Shown: positions 1-11,928, counted from the first letter of the whole stretch. The stretch is 63,011 nucleotides of DNA, filler included, from Globobulimina sp. (GCA_003354225.1; 42 parts of 42 records of this genome joined end to end with filler, not necessarily neighbours in it), one strand, 5' to 3'. Translations and numbers: made by a program. The notes: generated by a model from the letters alone, not told the origin.

Positions 1-59
1 TGTTCCGGCAGGGTGAAAGACAAAGGCAAATATAAATGCAGAGATTTATTGCTTAAAAC

Positions 60-860
60 AAAAATTCCCAACCAATCAATTTAACATCAATCCATTGTTT
101 TGCCCTTCTCTCTGCCGGCAACCAACAACCTGACACAAATGCAGCATTATTGCAGCTCTTACACCCCCTTCAAAGTCTGAAAAATTGCCGCCTCGCAAAT
201 GCCAGTTATTCCCAGATTTAGTGTTCACGCCTGACCCGCCACCATTATCTGCAGCAAATATCAGCAATGTGCTATTCCATAAACTTGTTGATTTTAATGT
301 TTCTGTTATATTTTGAACAGCAGAGTCCATCAAAGAGGCCATAGCGTCCATGCTTCGTCGATTGCAACTCGCACTAAAACAGTTTGACATATTCACGGGA
401 TACAGATCTAAATATTGTTGCGGTACTTGTTGTGGGTCATGCACCGCTTGAAAGTTATAATACATAAACAGTGGTTCTGTATGGGATGAAGCTTTACCGT
501 TTCTACTGCTTTTTGGTTGTACAGTAAATCACCATATACTCCGTCATAATTATTGATTGGTTCGTTATTGCTCCAAAATCAATGGCTCCACCTTGTGTAT
601 GCTGGTATTGATTTTCTGCGCCACCCAAGTAACCAAATGAGGTATCAAATCCCCTATTGATTGCTAAATAGTTTGCATTCGATATGCCACAATGCCATTT
701 ACCTGGATATTATATCTTTTATTTAGAATGTAGTGTGTACCCAGAAAATGTGTATGATATGGATGTTTGGATAATTTTAATATACGCGACACGGTGTACA
801 TTCCAAGATGTATTCCTCAGCCCGGTTGCCAAACTTCTCGATTTTCTTCATTTACAGTAG
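60..860 (-). pseudogene. Arylsulfatase B-like sulfatase pseudogene, 5'-truncated, one intron (about 703-740)
   Basis: Motifs YHTHFLG|KWHCG, RGFDTSFGYLGG, PLFMYYNFQAVHDP, LLIFAADNGG, NWHLRGG..FEGGVR lie in different frames; at least 2 frameshifts and an in-frame TGA. Confidence 0.8.
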
Positions 861-896
861 AAAGTTTTTTATATTTTTGCTTTTCATCTTCTTCGA

Positions 897-1404
897 ATGG
901 CGTCGCGAAGCCCAACTAGTGAGCCAATAAATGGTCCAATCAGTGAATCAGAAATAAACCTAGTTCCAGCAGATGATATTAAATGCAACAAACTATTTAC
1001 ATACTTTCCTATGGGATATTGGCTTCCACGCTATAACATAAAACGAAATCTTTTGGATGATATTATTGCAGGTTTGACTTGCGGGATTATGGTGATCCCA
1101 CAGGTAAGTTACAAAAACGTTAATAAAATGCCTCAACGCAAAAACAACTGTACATATTTCAGGGAATGGGCTATTCTTTGATCGCGGGATTAGAACCAAT
1201 TTATGGACTCTATGGATCTATGTTTGGACCTTTACTTTATGCGTTCTTTGGCACTTCCGGACAATTAGCAGTTGCACCCGTTGCTATTATATCTCTTATG
1301 ACGTTAAGCATATTCTTGTTTGTCACAACTTAATATATCTATATTTTACATTTGCTTTTTATTTTTCTTGTCCAGTGGGGAAGCATTGGAGTTGGTGACT
1401 GCTG
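897..1404 (+). CDS. SulP/SLC26 sulfate/anion transporter, 5' part; introns 1104-1162 and 1303-1375
   Basis: Spliced translation WLPRY...DIIAGLTCGIMVIPQ|GMGYSLIAGLEPIYGLYGS...FFGTSGQLAVAPVAIISLM is the SulP signature. Confidence 0.92.
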
Positions 1405-1504
1405 NNNNNNNNNNNNNNNNNNNNNNNNNNNNNNNNNNNNNNNNNNNNTTAATTAATTAANNNNNNNNNNNNNNNNNNNNNNNNNNNNNNNNNNNNNNNN
1501 NNNN
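1405..1504. other. Artificial contig spacer (N44-TTAATTAATTAA-N44), first of 41 recurring about every 1502-1504 bp; the last is at 61510-61609
   Basis: Identical 100-bp linkers with stops in all six frames; intervening contigs fall from 1404 to 1402 bp. Confidence 0.99.
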
Positions 1505-1718
1505 TAATGACGTTTTTAGTTGCCTTTGGATTTGAATGCCGGCACCATTGATCTCACAATTTTTTATGTTGACATATTTGATTATCAATTTGGCTGCCTT
1601 TTATTTGGAGATTGCGCCCAAATCGGGCTTGCAATATTCTCAGAGCGGTATCATCAATGTCTTGATATTCAGAGTTTGTCATGGCCTGTCAGTGAAAAAA
1701 GAGTTAGTTTATTAACAT

Positions 1719-2882
1719 TTATTCCTGCTTGAAAGCAAGAAGAGTCGTGTCATTGCCACATATAACACGCGATACAATTTGTTTTCTATTCTGTTGAATA
1801 CCATCAATTTCATTGAGATTCAGACAATACGGCTCAAAACAATATGGAAGATCTGATTTGGATGAACATTGATGATGCGAGTTGGAGCCAAATGCAATTA
1901 CTATATTTGCATTGCTTGTCATCAGCACAGTATGTTTCAGACCGCACGAACCATCAATAATTGCATTTGTATATCCTTTGCATTGAAAAAAATATGGTTC
2001 ATAAACTTGTGATATGTCTTTCTTATTATTTCCAATTTGTCCATGCAAATTATCACCACATAAAAAGGCATTCTTCTGCTCACTGTCAATAAATAATGAA
2101 TGATTCTTACCACATCGAATGAGATGAATGTTGTGCAACGATTCCTGAATGGTTGGCTGTTGAATAATGGTTTTATTGCCGCCATTCTCGTCGACATTTG
2201 TATGAGGAATAAAACCCAATTGGCCGTATTCATTGTTACCAAATACATAAACCTTTCCATCAACATCCAAACACAAACTATGTGAATATCCGCAGGCTAT
2301 GGCTCTTATATTCATTAACGACGGGATTGGAATCATCTGCAAAATGCAGTTATAATTATAGTTTTGCATCGTTATGCCACATTGACCAAACTCATTCATC
2401 CCGCAACTATAAACACTGCCAAATGTGGTCAAAAATAAAGTGTGTCGATGTCCACAAGAAATGGCTTCCATTCTCCATAAATTGTTCAATTTGGTTTTCC
2501 ATGTCCTCGCATAAGCATTTTGCCGGCCATTCCCAAACTGACCAAACTGGTTCCAGCCAAATGCATGAATTGTATTATCTGAAAAAGCAACAAAAGTATG
2601 TCTCGCACACAAACCCGACGATATTATGGTGATAAATGAGTGCTTGCTGTCAATATTTTTGATTCTTTCTAGCGATTTTAACATATCCGGGCCATTAATG
2701 CCTGTGTCGCCATTGCTGTTTTTGCCGGCACAGTATAGCTCGTTATAAATATTCTTGATTACAAATCGATGATCTCCGACATAAATGTCTTTGATATCAT
2801 CGCAATATCGCGTCATATTACGTAATAATTCAAATTTATGGACTTGTTTGAAATCGCCTAAGCAAAATTCCTTAATTTTCAT
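1719..2882 (-). CDS. RCC1/BLIP-II beta-propeller repeat protein
   Basis: Repeated ISCGxxHTLxL...GxNxFGQLG units. Confidence 0.92.
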   Translation of the reverse strand: MKIKEFCLGDFKQVHKFELLRNMTRYCDDIKDIYVGDHRFVIKNIYNELYCAGKNSNGDTGINGPDMLKSLERIKNIDSKHSFITIISSGLCARHTFVAFSDNTIHAFGWNQFGQFGNGRQNAYARTWKTKLNNLWRMEAISCGHRHTLFLTTFGSVYSCGMNEFGQCGITMQNYNYNCILQMIPIPSLMNIRAIACGYSHSLCLDVDGKVYVFGNNEYGQLGFIPHTNVDENGGNKTIIQQPTIQESLHNIHLIRCGKNHSLFIDSEQKNAFLCGDNLHGQIGNNKKDISQVYEPYFFQCKGYTNAIIDGSCGLKHTVLMTSNANIVIAFGSNSHHQCSSKSDLPYCFEPYCLNLNEIDGIQQNRKQIVSRVICGNDTTLLAFKQE

Positions 2883-3008
2883 GAATTTTAAAAGTTACGT
2901 GTGGATTGNNNNNNNNNNNNNNNNNNNNNNNNNNNNNNNNNNNNNNNNNNNNTTAATTAATTAANNNNNNNNNNNNNNNNNNNNNNNNNNNNNNNNNNNN
3001 NNNNNNNN

Positions 3009-4412
3009 AATATTATTCGAATGGTTTTGTTATTGGTTATTTGATTACATTCGCAATGAACCAACGATAAAACCTATTTCTACAGTTATATTCACCTCTG
3101 ATATTCAAAAAATCGGCGCCAAATTTGCAAAATATTTACATATATTTATTGCAGAATTAGGTGAAGGATTAGCAGCTCTTCGTAAAGCAGAGCAAATTGG
3201 TTCATATTTTGTACAAATCTGTAATGACGAAGGAGTTTAGTTATTTTATCCTATAATTTTCAACATTAATTGTTGAGAAAAAAAATCATACAACACAAAG
3301 TACACTGAAATAGATGATTTAACAGATTTAAAGAGTGATTTGGACCATTTGGAAGGCAGTGATATTTTTCATCAACTCATAGCAAAATACCCTCAATATC
3401 GAACTGTCAAAAAATTCGTGTTTAAATTGCTTCAATTGGTTGTATTTGATAATTATCCGCCATTTGATCGAAGTTAAGCTGTTATGTGACCATATTCTTC
3501 AGTACTTGACACAAAATATTTTATTTACATAACTCAGACTCGTTCACATTTGAATTTAGTCCAGAAACGTTTGAAGAGACCAGGAAAATTGTTGGAGCTG
3601 AAATCGACACTGTCTTAGTTAATGACGCCAGCAACGAGGATGGGAAAGAGAATCAAGATCAGGGCGATAAGCTTTTGATGCGAAGTAAAGCCATCGATTT
3701 CGAGAATCAGTTCCCTATTTTAGCGTGTTTGATGGATACGTTTGCGAGGCACAGAGCTTATGATAATTATCAACATTGGAAAGCTTATAATTGCAAATTG
3801 GACTGGAAACTAACCAATCATCGGAAAGCTCAGTCCACCATTTTAAGCGCAAAAGATTGGTTCCAGGCTAGAATAGAAAATAGAAATATTTTCCATGCGG
3901 ATGAGAAAGAGAGTGAAACATTCTGTTATTATGTAAATAAACAGAGTGAGAAAGCAGCGCATACTTTGAAAACCGGTGTTGGTGTGATGCTCGATCGTGT
4001 TTCGCTAAAGTTTTTAATGGATCCTATGATGTTGCTGGTTATTTTTGATTCGCTCGATTCGTTTGCAAAGATAACCTGTGCAATGAACAAATTTGTTCAT
4101 GTCATGAGTCATAATGAGAATAAACAGGCAGATTGGGGCTATTTGCCAATGCAGATTGATTTGTGGATAATACCGAGATTGGTGAAGAAGGGGTTACGCG
4201 AAGATGTAAAAATCGATCCTGAGCTTTATGCCGTTACATTTCCTGAATCTGGAGATGACGATGATGATTATGAGGAGAAACAAGAAGAGTTAGATACGAA
4301 TCAAGATGGAATTCAGAGACTCGGTAAAACCATGAACGAAAAAGATTGTATATGGGATATTAAAAATAATCTCATTGCTGAACGTAAAAGTAATGGTCAG
4401 AATGAAGAACCT
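3009..4412 (+). CDS. Hypothetical protein, partial, intron-containing
   Basis: Long open frame 3675-4412 plus upstream exon-like segments with GT-AG boundaries; no family recognised. Confidence 0.55.
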
Positions 4413-4512
4413 NNNNNNNNNNNNNNNNNNNNNNNNNNNNNNNNNNNNNNNNNNNNTTAATTAATTAANNNNNNNNNNNNNNNNNNNNNNNNNNNNNNNN
4501 NNNNNNNNNNNN

Positions 4513-5916
4513 TATAGTGTTGTGTTGTGATGTTTGGAATAACCGGAAGTGGGAAATCAACATTAATTAAATTATTATCAGGAAATAAAAATATTGCAAC
4601 ATCAGCAACAGTCGATTCCTGCACTGAGAAATTATTATTGGTGCAAAGCGAATATAACCATCGCTTGTATTATTTAGATACGATTGGTACGAATGACTCG
4701 AAGAGAACCTATACAGATCAACAAATCTTAAAAATGGCATTTAAACATTTATACGACAACGAAATTGATAATATAAAAATTATATGGACTGTCAAAGGGG
4801 ACACAGAGAAAAAAGAAGATCGATTTGGTCTCCAGGCAGAATTTATAAAAAATTTAACAGTAAATAACGAATCTCCGTGGAAAAGTTGTTTAATTGTAAA
4901 AAAAAATGGAGGAGCTAACGATGATAATATTGATGGTGTCATCGCTGCCGCTATCGACCATGGCGCGAAAAATGCAAATTTTAATACAACAAATAATGTA
5001 TTTGGATTTAAATGTGTTGATTGGAAAAATTATACGGAAGCTCAGTATATTCCGAGTTATAAATTGAAAGAGTTTAGTTATGCATATCAGGTTATGTTTT
5101 ACAATGACATTTTACAAAACAGATGTGGATATTTCAAGGAAAATGAAGCTATGAAAACGATTCAACACAAATTAAGGTACAACACAAATTATATTATGTA
5201 CAAATTCCATTATTTAATTCCAATGCCACGTTAAGTTCGCTTCCATCTTTCAAATTATTATTTAAAAATGAAAAATGTATTAAATGTGGAATCCATGGAG
5301 ATCCAAGATATATTGATGCCAATTGCCATACAGAAAAACGATTATTCCATGACGCTGCAATGTCATTTAAACATGTTGGCCAAATAAAATTGTATCATCA
5401 AAGTAAAATTGCGTCAAAGCAGTCTGTGGCATACACTCATACCGGACATCAACAGAAGAAACATTCTGGATCAATTGAGAGGTATCATAGTGGAGAACTG
5501 CGCATTTCAAAGAAATTAATTGCTAAACAGCATGGTTGGATGGCTTTGGCGGGGATTGTTTCTGTGGCGACATTGGGGCTTGGAGCTCCTGTGTCTGCTG
5601 TGGTTGTTGGTGCAGGATTGGTTGACGGTGCTACTGATATTGCATCAGGGAAAGCTGAGCGGTACACATGTTGTAATAAATATATATGTGATGCAACGCC
5701 ATGTGCTGCAAAATGGAAATGTTGTCAACAACATGAGAGTGTGATTGAATGTACATTGTCGACTGCAGCAAAGGTATGGTCATGTTGTAAAAAAGTAATA
5801 TCCGGTACGGGATGTACTGCAGTTAATAAAAATGTAAATGTATGGAAATGCTGCAGACAACAATTATCATCGAATGGATGTAAACAAAAATGGGATTGTT
5901 GTGATGGCACTGGTGA
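4513..5916 (+). CDS. P-loop GTPase (AIG1/septin-like) fused to His repeats, a hydrophobic segment and WxCC repeats; intron about 5177-5234; partial
   Basis: G1 GITGSGKS, G3-like DTIG; splicing joins ORF 4527 to ORF 5360 through CIKCGIHGDPRY. Confidence 0.75.
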
Positions 5917-6142
5917 NNNNNNNNNNNNNNNNNNNNNNNNNNNNNNNNNNNNNNNNNNNNTTAATTAATTAANNNNNNNNNNNNNNNNNNNNNNNNNNNN
6001 NNNNNNNNNNNNNNNNGGGCTAGCTTTTTTTTAACGCTGCTATAAACGGCAAGCGATGTTTCATGGCCTTGCTATAACTTCTGTCAGAAATGGACCCCAT
6101 TGACTGGACACACAACCTAGTTTCTTAAGTGATCAACCCAAG

Positions 6143-7012
6143 TTATGCGACGAACCTTTGTCTTGCAAAATAAACCTGATCTGGTGTTAGGTTGTCAAGA
6201 CTTTGATGGTACCGCTGCTCGTTATAAAACACTATATAGTTATTAATTTCAAGTTCTGCTTCCTTTGGCGTTTCGTAAGCCTTTAAATAAACCTCTTCAT
6301 ATTTCAAGCTCCTCCAAAATCGCTCGATCATCACATTGTCTACCCAGCGGCCTTTTCCATCCATACTAATCCGAATATCGTGCGCTTTTAGTTTGGCGGT
6401 GAATTCATTGCTAGTAAACTGACTGCCTTGATCTGAATTAAATATTTCTGGTTTACCGTAGCGCTGTATAGCTTCATCTAACGCATCTAAACAAAACTGG
6501 CTATCCATCGTATTAGACAGTTTTGAAGACAATATTTTACGACTGTACCAGTCGATTATCGCGACAAGATAAAGAAATCCTTTTTTCATCGGAATATACG
6601 TAATGTCGATTGCCCACACCTGATTGGCGTAAGTAATATTAAGGCCACGCAGTAAATAGGGATAAACTTTATGTGACTTGTTTGCGATGGTTGTTCTTTG
6701 TTTCGGGTACACAGCACCAATGCCCATCGCAAGCATAAGCCTGACAATCCGTTTTCTATTCACATGCTTCCCTCGTTTAATCAACTCGGTACAAATACGT
6801 CGACTGCCCATATATGGATGCTCAAGGTGGATTTCATCAATCATCTTCCTTAGCTCAAGCTCTTCACCAGAAATTCCTATCGGGCAATAATATGCCGTAG
6901 AACGAGCGATATTAAGCAACTGGCATTGACGAGTGACGGTGACTTTGTTGGTTTTATCCAGCGATTCCTTTCGCTGGGCCCGACCTAATGACCGAGCACT
7001 TTGGCCAAAAAA
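6143..7012 (-). CDS. IS3 transposase OrfB (DDE integrase core), probably reached by -1 frameshift
   Basis: WAIDITY, FNSDQGSQFTS, DNVMIERFWRSLKYE; frame open back to the T6 run at the end of orfA. Confidence 0.93.
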   Translation of the reverse strand, partial: FFGQSARSLGRAQRKESLDKTNKVTVTRQCQLLNIARSTAYYCPIGISGEELELRKMIDEIHLEHPYMGSRRICTELIKRGKHVNRKRIVRLMLAMGIGAVYPKQRTTIANKSHKVYPYLLRGLNITYANQVWAIDITYIPMKKGFLYLVAIIDWYSRKILSSKLSNTMDSQFCLDALDEAIQRYGKPEIFNSDQGSQFTSNEFTAKLKAHDIRISMDGKGRWVDNVMIERFWRSLKYEEVYLKAYETPKEAELEINNYIVFYNEQRYHQSLDNLTPDQVYFARQRFVA

Positions 7013-7266
7013 TCATTTTCCATCGTCAATTGCCCTATTTTAGCGTGTAGTTTATCGACTTCAGCAGTGTCATCCTTGGCTACGGAAGACTTTCCATCAA
7101 AAATTGAAGAGGCGTTGTTAAGTAACTCCTGCTTCCAGGTGGTAATTTGATTAGTGTGAAGATTAAATTGCTGTGCTAATTCTGATAAAGTTTTATCTCC
7201 CTTAGCAGCGGCTAATGCAACCTTAGCTTTAAATTCTGGTGAGTGGTTTCTACGTTTTCTAGTCAT
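6985..7266 (-). CDS. IS3 transposase OrfA (HTH)
   Basis: KRRNHSPEFKAKVALAA...LAQQFNLHTNQITTWK...KIGQLTMENDFL. Confidence 0.93.
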   Translation of the reverse strand: MTRKRRNHSPEFKAKVALAAAKGDKTLSELAQQFNLHTNQITTWKQELLNNASSIFDGKSSVAKDDTAEVDKLHAKIGQLTMENDFLAKVLGH

Positions 7267-7519
7267 TATCTGCTCCAGCTGTGATGCTAGTTATTAAAAC
7301 AGATTAATCACTTAAGATCGTGTCCGATTTATTGGGGCCGCTTCTGTATTTGATTTTTATTCAATATAGATGAGAGTAACATCAAATAAATATTCGTTTT
7401 ACATTGTTAAATTTCTTGTNNNNNNNNNNNNNNNNNNNNNNNNNNNNNNNNNNNNNNNNNNNNTTAATTAATTAANNNNNNNNNNNNNNNNNNNNNNNNN
7501 NNNNNNNNNNNNNNNNNNN

Positions 7520-8854
7520 TTTCATATTTTATTGAGATTTTGGTTAATTTTAATAGCGACTCATAATCAAAATCATTGATGTTTGGGTCATCAAAATATT
7601 TCCAAATTAATTTCCAATCTAAATCAGTTTCGTTATCTTTTAATATGTATTCCATAAAAATATCCAATGAATCATCTTCATCATCATCGTCATCGTCCAA
7701 GTCATCATCAGCTGAATTATTCTCATCTGAGCCATCATTATCATTATCCTCATCCTCTACGTCCTCATTATTATCGTCATCATCGTCATTATCATCATCA
7801 TCATCATCATCATCATCATGGTCATGGTCCTGTAAACATAAACATTTTAATAATATATCATCAGAATTATCAAAATATTTGTAATCTTGTTCCCATTCAA
7901 GATCAACAGATAATATTTCATTATTTTTATCTTTGTCGTCAACATTTATTAAATGACTATGCTTTAAATTAATTGAATGCATTGGTCCTATAATTAAGCT
8001 ATAAATAATTCGCGAGATTACTAATTCTTTATTATCAAAATGAAAGTCACCGAATAAATTTTTTATTAATTTTTTTGATATTTTTTTCCTTTCAAAAAAT
8101 GCATTGGATAAACATGTTGAGCCAATACAAGACCATAATCGATTTAGTAATATTTGCCTGTTGGTGCTGTGTAAGGATAGAAAATAAAATAAAATAATAA
8201 TTAAGTGCAAGGATAAAAATAAAATGAAATAAAATAAAATAAAAATAACTGTAATCGTAAGGTAGAGAATTGGACGGCTTGGTCGGTCAAACAAGCTCTA
8301 TCAAAACATGGGTCGTAATGAGTTTTGCCTAGGTATTGGTGGATGGTTTTAATTAATGAAGTCTGTGGTGGTGAATGTGAATGCGATGCTGTATCATATG
8401 TATCATAGTCAATACAATGGCAAATTGAATGTAAAGTGAGAGTATCAACGTTTGCATTATGAATGATTGCCGATATATTGCCATCGCCATAGCTCGTTGG
8501 TATTGGTACATTGGTTGAAGATGATAATGATAATGTTATTGTCGTTGAAAAATAAATTATTGTTAATAATAAATTATTATTAGTATTACCGTCTTTGTCA
8601 TTGATTGGAATATTATTAAGAGCCATCGATGCATATTTTATTGGATTTAACTGTAACAAATTATATTCAATCCATCTAATTATATCTTGTTTGTCATCAT
8701 CATTTATCTGATAAAATAGTAAGCAATGTTTTAATTCTTCGTCTAAATAACTACACAAGGAATTATTTTCGAAAAATCCATAACAACCATTAAATTCACG
8801 CAAAACATGCGACAATGAATAGAATAAGTTACGACAATTGTTGGTAGAAGACAT
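7520..8854 (-). CDS. Hypothetical protein with poly-Asp tract, probable intron near 8175-8260, 3' partial
   Basis: Two overlapping minus-strand ORFs bridged by an AT-rich intron-like segment; (GAT)n acidic tract. Confidence 0.55.
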
Positions 8855-9022
8855 GATATGATATGATATGATATGAACTACTTTGATAAGAAACGCTGCA
8901 TCTTTTTTTTTGTTGTTGTTAANNNNNNNNNNNNNNNNNNNNNNNNNNNNNNNNNNNNNNNNNNNNTTAATTAATTAANNNNNNNNNNNNNNNNNNNNNN
9001 NNNNNNNNNNNNNNNNNNNNNN

Positions 9023-10066
9023 CAATAAATAGCTGTTTCTCTGGATTTAGCACTACCACATCCGACGCGAACATCAGTACCTTCTCAATCACTTTCTTCT
9101 TATAATTATCATTCAATAATTTCGGATGATTTGCATTCTGGCTCCAAAAATTATATACTTCCATGAGCCACTCATACATTATATTCATACCATCATATTT
9201 GGAAAATATCTCATAACTTTGTCCATTTTGCCTGGTCAAGGCCGATAAGGTCCAAATTAATTTACTTAAATGGTTAATATTATCAATATCTAATAAGTTT
9301 ATTTTGGGATATTGATAGTTGTCATTATTATTGCTTGATACTTTTAAGATATATAAAATGTTTTGCACCGTAGATATGTTATGCGCGATCTCCATCAATG
9401 ACGGATTATTCTGACATGAAAGTCCAATGGTCCATGCTGCACTGGTCCGCACTTCGATGAATGGATATTGTAATACCAATTCAAGCATTATTGCTAAGCC
9501 ACCCATCTTACCAAAGTCCACTGCATTGTCAATTTGATGGAGGTAATCGCGCAATACCTCCAAGTCTGACAATGATGAGTTTATATTCTTGTTATTTAAT
9601 GTATTGTTGACTATATTTTGCAGCAAGGTATGGATGTGTTCGGTCTCCGATAATGGCATAGAAGTCTGTTGGTCCATTGTGATGTGTCATAAATAATAAT
9701 TAAATCAATGTAAGTTTGTTTAACTTGAAGCCATTTTACAATTTCCTCCAATTTCTCTAGTCTTTGTTCGTTTTTTTGTTTTTGTTTCTGCGACAAAATG
9801 CTTATTTGCTCATTTAATTCAGCTTTGTCAGTTGCATCCAGTGCATTGACCATATGATGATGTAATAAACGATGATGTGACGCGTACGGGTCGTCATCTA
9901 TTGACACGACACTGCCATCATCATCGTTGTTGTAATCATAACCTGGATTTGTTTCTGCAGTTTGTTCTTGTTCCACTGCTGTTAATTGTGGATGGTTGGG
10001 ATCTATGATCGTTAATCCTTGGCAAATGCAGAAGGCGCCCATTTGAAATACAATCCAAAAGAACAT
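9023..10066 (-). CDS. Hsp70 nucleotide exchange factor (Sil1/Fes1/HspBP1 ARM family); intron 9666-9724; 3' partial
   Basis: LHQIDNAVDFGKMGGL...AAWTIGLSCQNNP...LIWTLSALTRQN; N-terminal signal peptide suggests ER Sil1 type. Confidence 0.85.
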
Positions 10067-10116
10067 GGTTAATTTTGAATGTGGCCTGAAGTGTACTAGT
10101 ATCACTTAAAAAAACA

Positions 10117-10416
10117 ATGTCACTCTTACAAACCGCATGGTTTCTACTAGTACTTATGCTGGGTATGGGCCGTATGCGTATGGTGCAATCTCAAACAAAC
10201 CAATATAAAACATCCATCACAAATGGCACGTATAGATGGGAATCCATTACCGAGTTCATCCCAGTACAATCAGAATCATTTGGCTCCATCCCAATCGGTG
10301 AGATAATGCACATGGAATTTGATTTTGTTTGGTGGGGACGAAGCAATGATCCACAAGAGGACAAATTTGAAATGTTTTTTCGTGTTGGATTTGACTCCTC
10401 CGGCGGTGCTGGCTGA
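10117..10416 (+). CDS. Hypothetical secreted protein (possibly truncated)
   Basis: Signal-peptide-like N-terminus; 99-aa ORF. Confidence 0.45.
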   Translation: MSLLQTAWFLLVLMLGMGRMRMVQSQTNQYKTSITNGTYRWESITEFIPVQSESFGSIPIGEIMHMEFDFVWWGRSNDPQEDKFEMFFRVGFDSSGGAG

Positions 10417-10525
10417 CCTCGTGGGNNNNNNNNNNNNNNNNNNNNNNNNNNNNNNNNNNNNNNNNNNNNTTAATTAATTAANNNNNNNNNNNNNNNNNNN
10501 NNNNNNNNNNNNNNNNNNNNNNNNN

Positions 10526-11136
10526 TAATAATTCAAAAATGGAGATAGTAATTGGCCAACTAATCATTTTTGTTGTTGCATAGTTAGCAGTGCATAATGA
10601 ACAATATATGCATAGAACATACTTTTTGTGGGTGGAGCTTGATAGCTTCCATGGCCACCATAGCCATAACCACCTGCACCGCGTGCACCGTATCCTGCGT
10701 TCTGGGACGCATTGGATGTATCGGATGTGTTTGGTGCATCTGATGATGACGTGGCTGATGATGCGTCATTGCCATTTTGTTGCGTGGGCGGCGGTGGTGT
10801 TTTCGCTTTGTTTTTAGAGGTTGGATCATGCGGATTTTCCTCCTCATCGGCGGGTGGTGGCTTTGCTTCTTTTTTCCTTTTAGTGCCACTGTGTATGTGT
10901 TTGGGTTTGTTATTATGCAAAATAATTTATTGTTGGCTTAACAGCGTTGGTTTGAAGTTTGGATCAACTCGTTCTTTGTAATATTTTTGTTTTCTTTTTA
11001 AAATATGTTTTTGTTTTTTGACTTCATCGAATGAACCTGGAAATTCTAATTTTTTAATTAAGACTTGCCATTCTTCGTCTTCTTCCCATGAGTAATCATC
11101 GAAGGATATGGTTGCGGGTTGTTTCTCGTCTGCCAT
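10526..11136 (-). CDS. Probable TMEM33/Pom33-family protein N-terminus (plant/protist type); intron about 10890-10943; partial
   Basis: FDDYSWEEDEEW...KRKQKYYKERVDPNF resembles the YDYENDxRW...KRKFYQRYIDPD N-terminus of plant-type TMEM33 homologs, followed by a low-complexity linker. Confidence 0.5.
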
Positions 11137-11256
11137 GTATGTCAAGTAAAATATTCAAACCACAAAGCGCAAATCTGGTAAAATAGCAAAGATGCTCGGC
11201 TGTCTGAACTGAGTTGTTTTTGCTGAAAACAGATTATTCAAAAAAACATTAGCAAA

Positions 11257-11928
11257 ATGTCAACGATATCGAAAAGGAATAAGATTTTATCCTCACTAGG
11301 AATGCATGTAAATGAAAGTGAATTGGATAAATTCTTTGGTGCAGTAAAGAAAGAACAAGTAACCAAACAATGGGGCTGTTTAAAATGTACCTATTTAAAC
11401 AAAGGAACAGCATCAGAATGTGTTATGTGTGGTATTGCCAAACCATTAATCGATTATGAATGGGCGTGTCCAATCTGTACGTATTCAAACAAAGAAACAG
11501 CATCAAAATGTGTTATGTGTGGTGTTGCCAAACCATTAAGTATTGATGAATGGGAATGTTTATTCTGTACATTTAAAAATAAATCAATAGATTCAAAATG
11601 TTCAATGTGTAACAAGCCCCAAAAAGTTAAGATTTCATTAATTAATGTTTGTTATTATACTTTAGCACAGCTTTTTTTTTCTACAACTAAATGTATTGCG
11701 AATTTGCGCATAATGTGAATATATATATTACATAATAAAGGCACAAAATGATGATATTCGTGTTGAAAGAGTAAGATTTGTGTTACAAATTTATAGATTA
11801 TGGGTACAATCACAAATAAATAAAAACATAAACATAAATATTTATGAACTAATTAATTCATTATTATCTGATAATTTTAACGTTTCTGAACTACTCATTG
11901 ATTATAAATACTGTATTAAAAATAAACA
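11257..11928 (+). CDS. Protein with three RanBP2-type zinc fingers, intron-containing, partial
   Basis: 3x WxCxxCT[YF]xN-x5-CxMC. Confidence 0.88.

Larger units (their letters stand above)
6085..7346 (-). mobile_element. Complete bacterial IS3-family insertion sequence (about 1262 bp)
   Basis: Imperfect terminal IRs CAGAAATGGACCCCATTGACTGGACAC / CAGAAGCGGCCCCAATAAATCGGACAC flanking orfA and orfB. Confidence 0.93.

Noticed and set aside
4513..7419. Apparent neighbourhood of the GTPase gene and IS3, or any other cross-spacer gene cluster
   Set aside because: Adjacent contigs are ordered by length only; there is no biological linkage
7576..7972. Poly-Ser and poly-His ORFs on the plus strand
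   Set aside because: Shadow frames of the minus-strand poly-Asp tract
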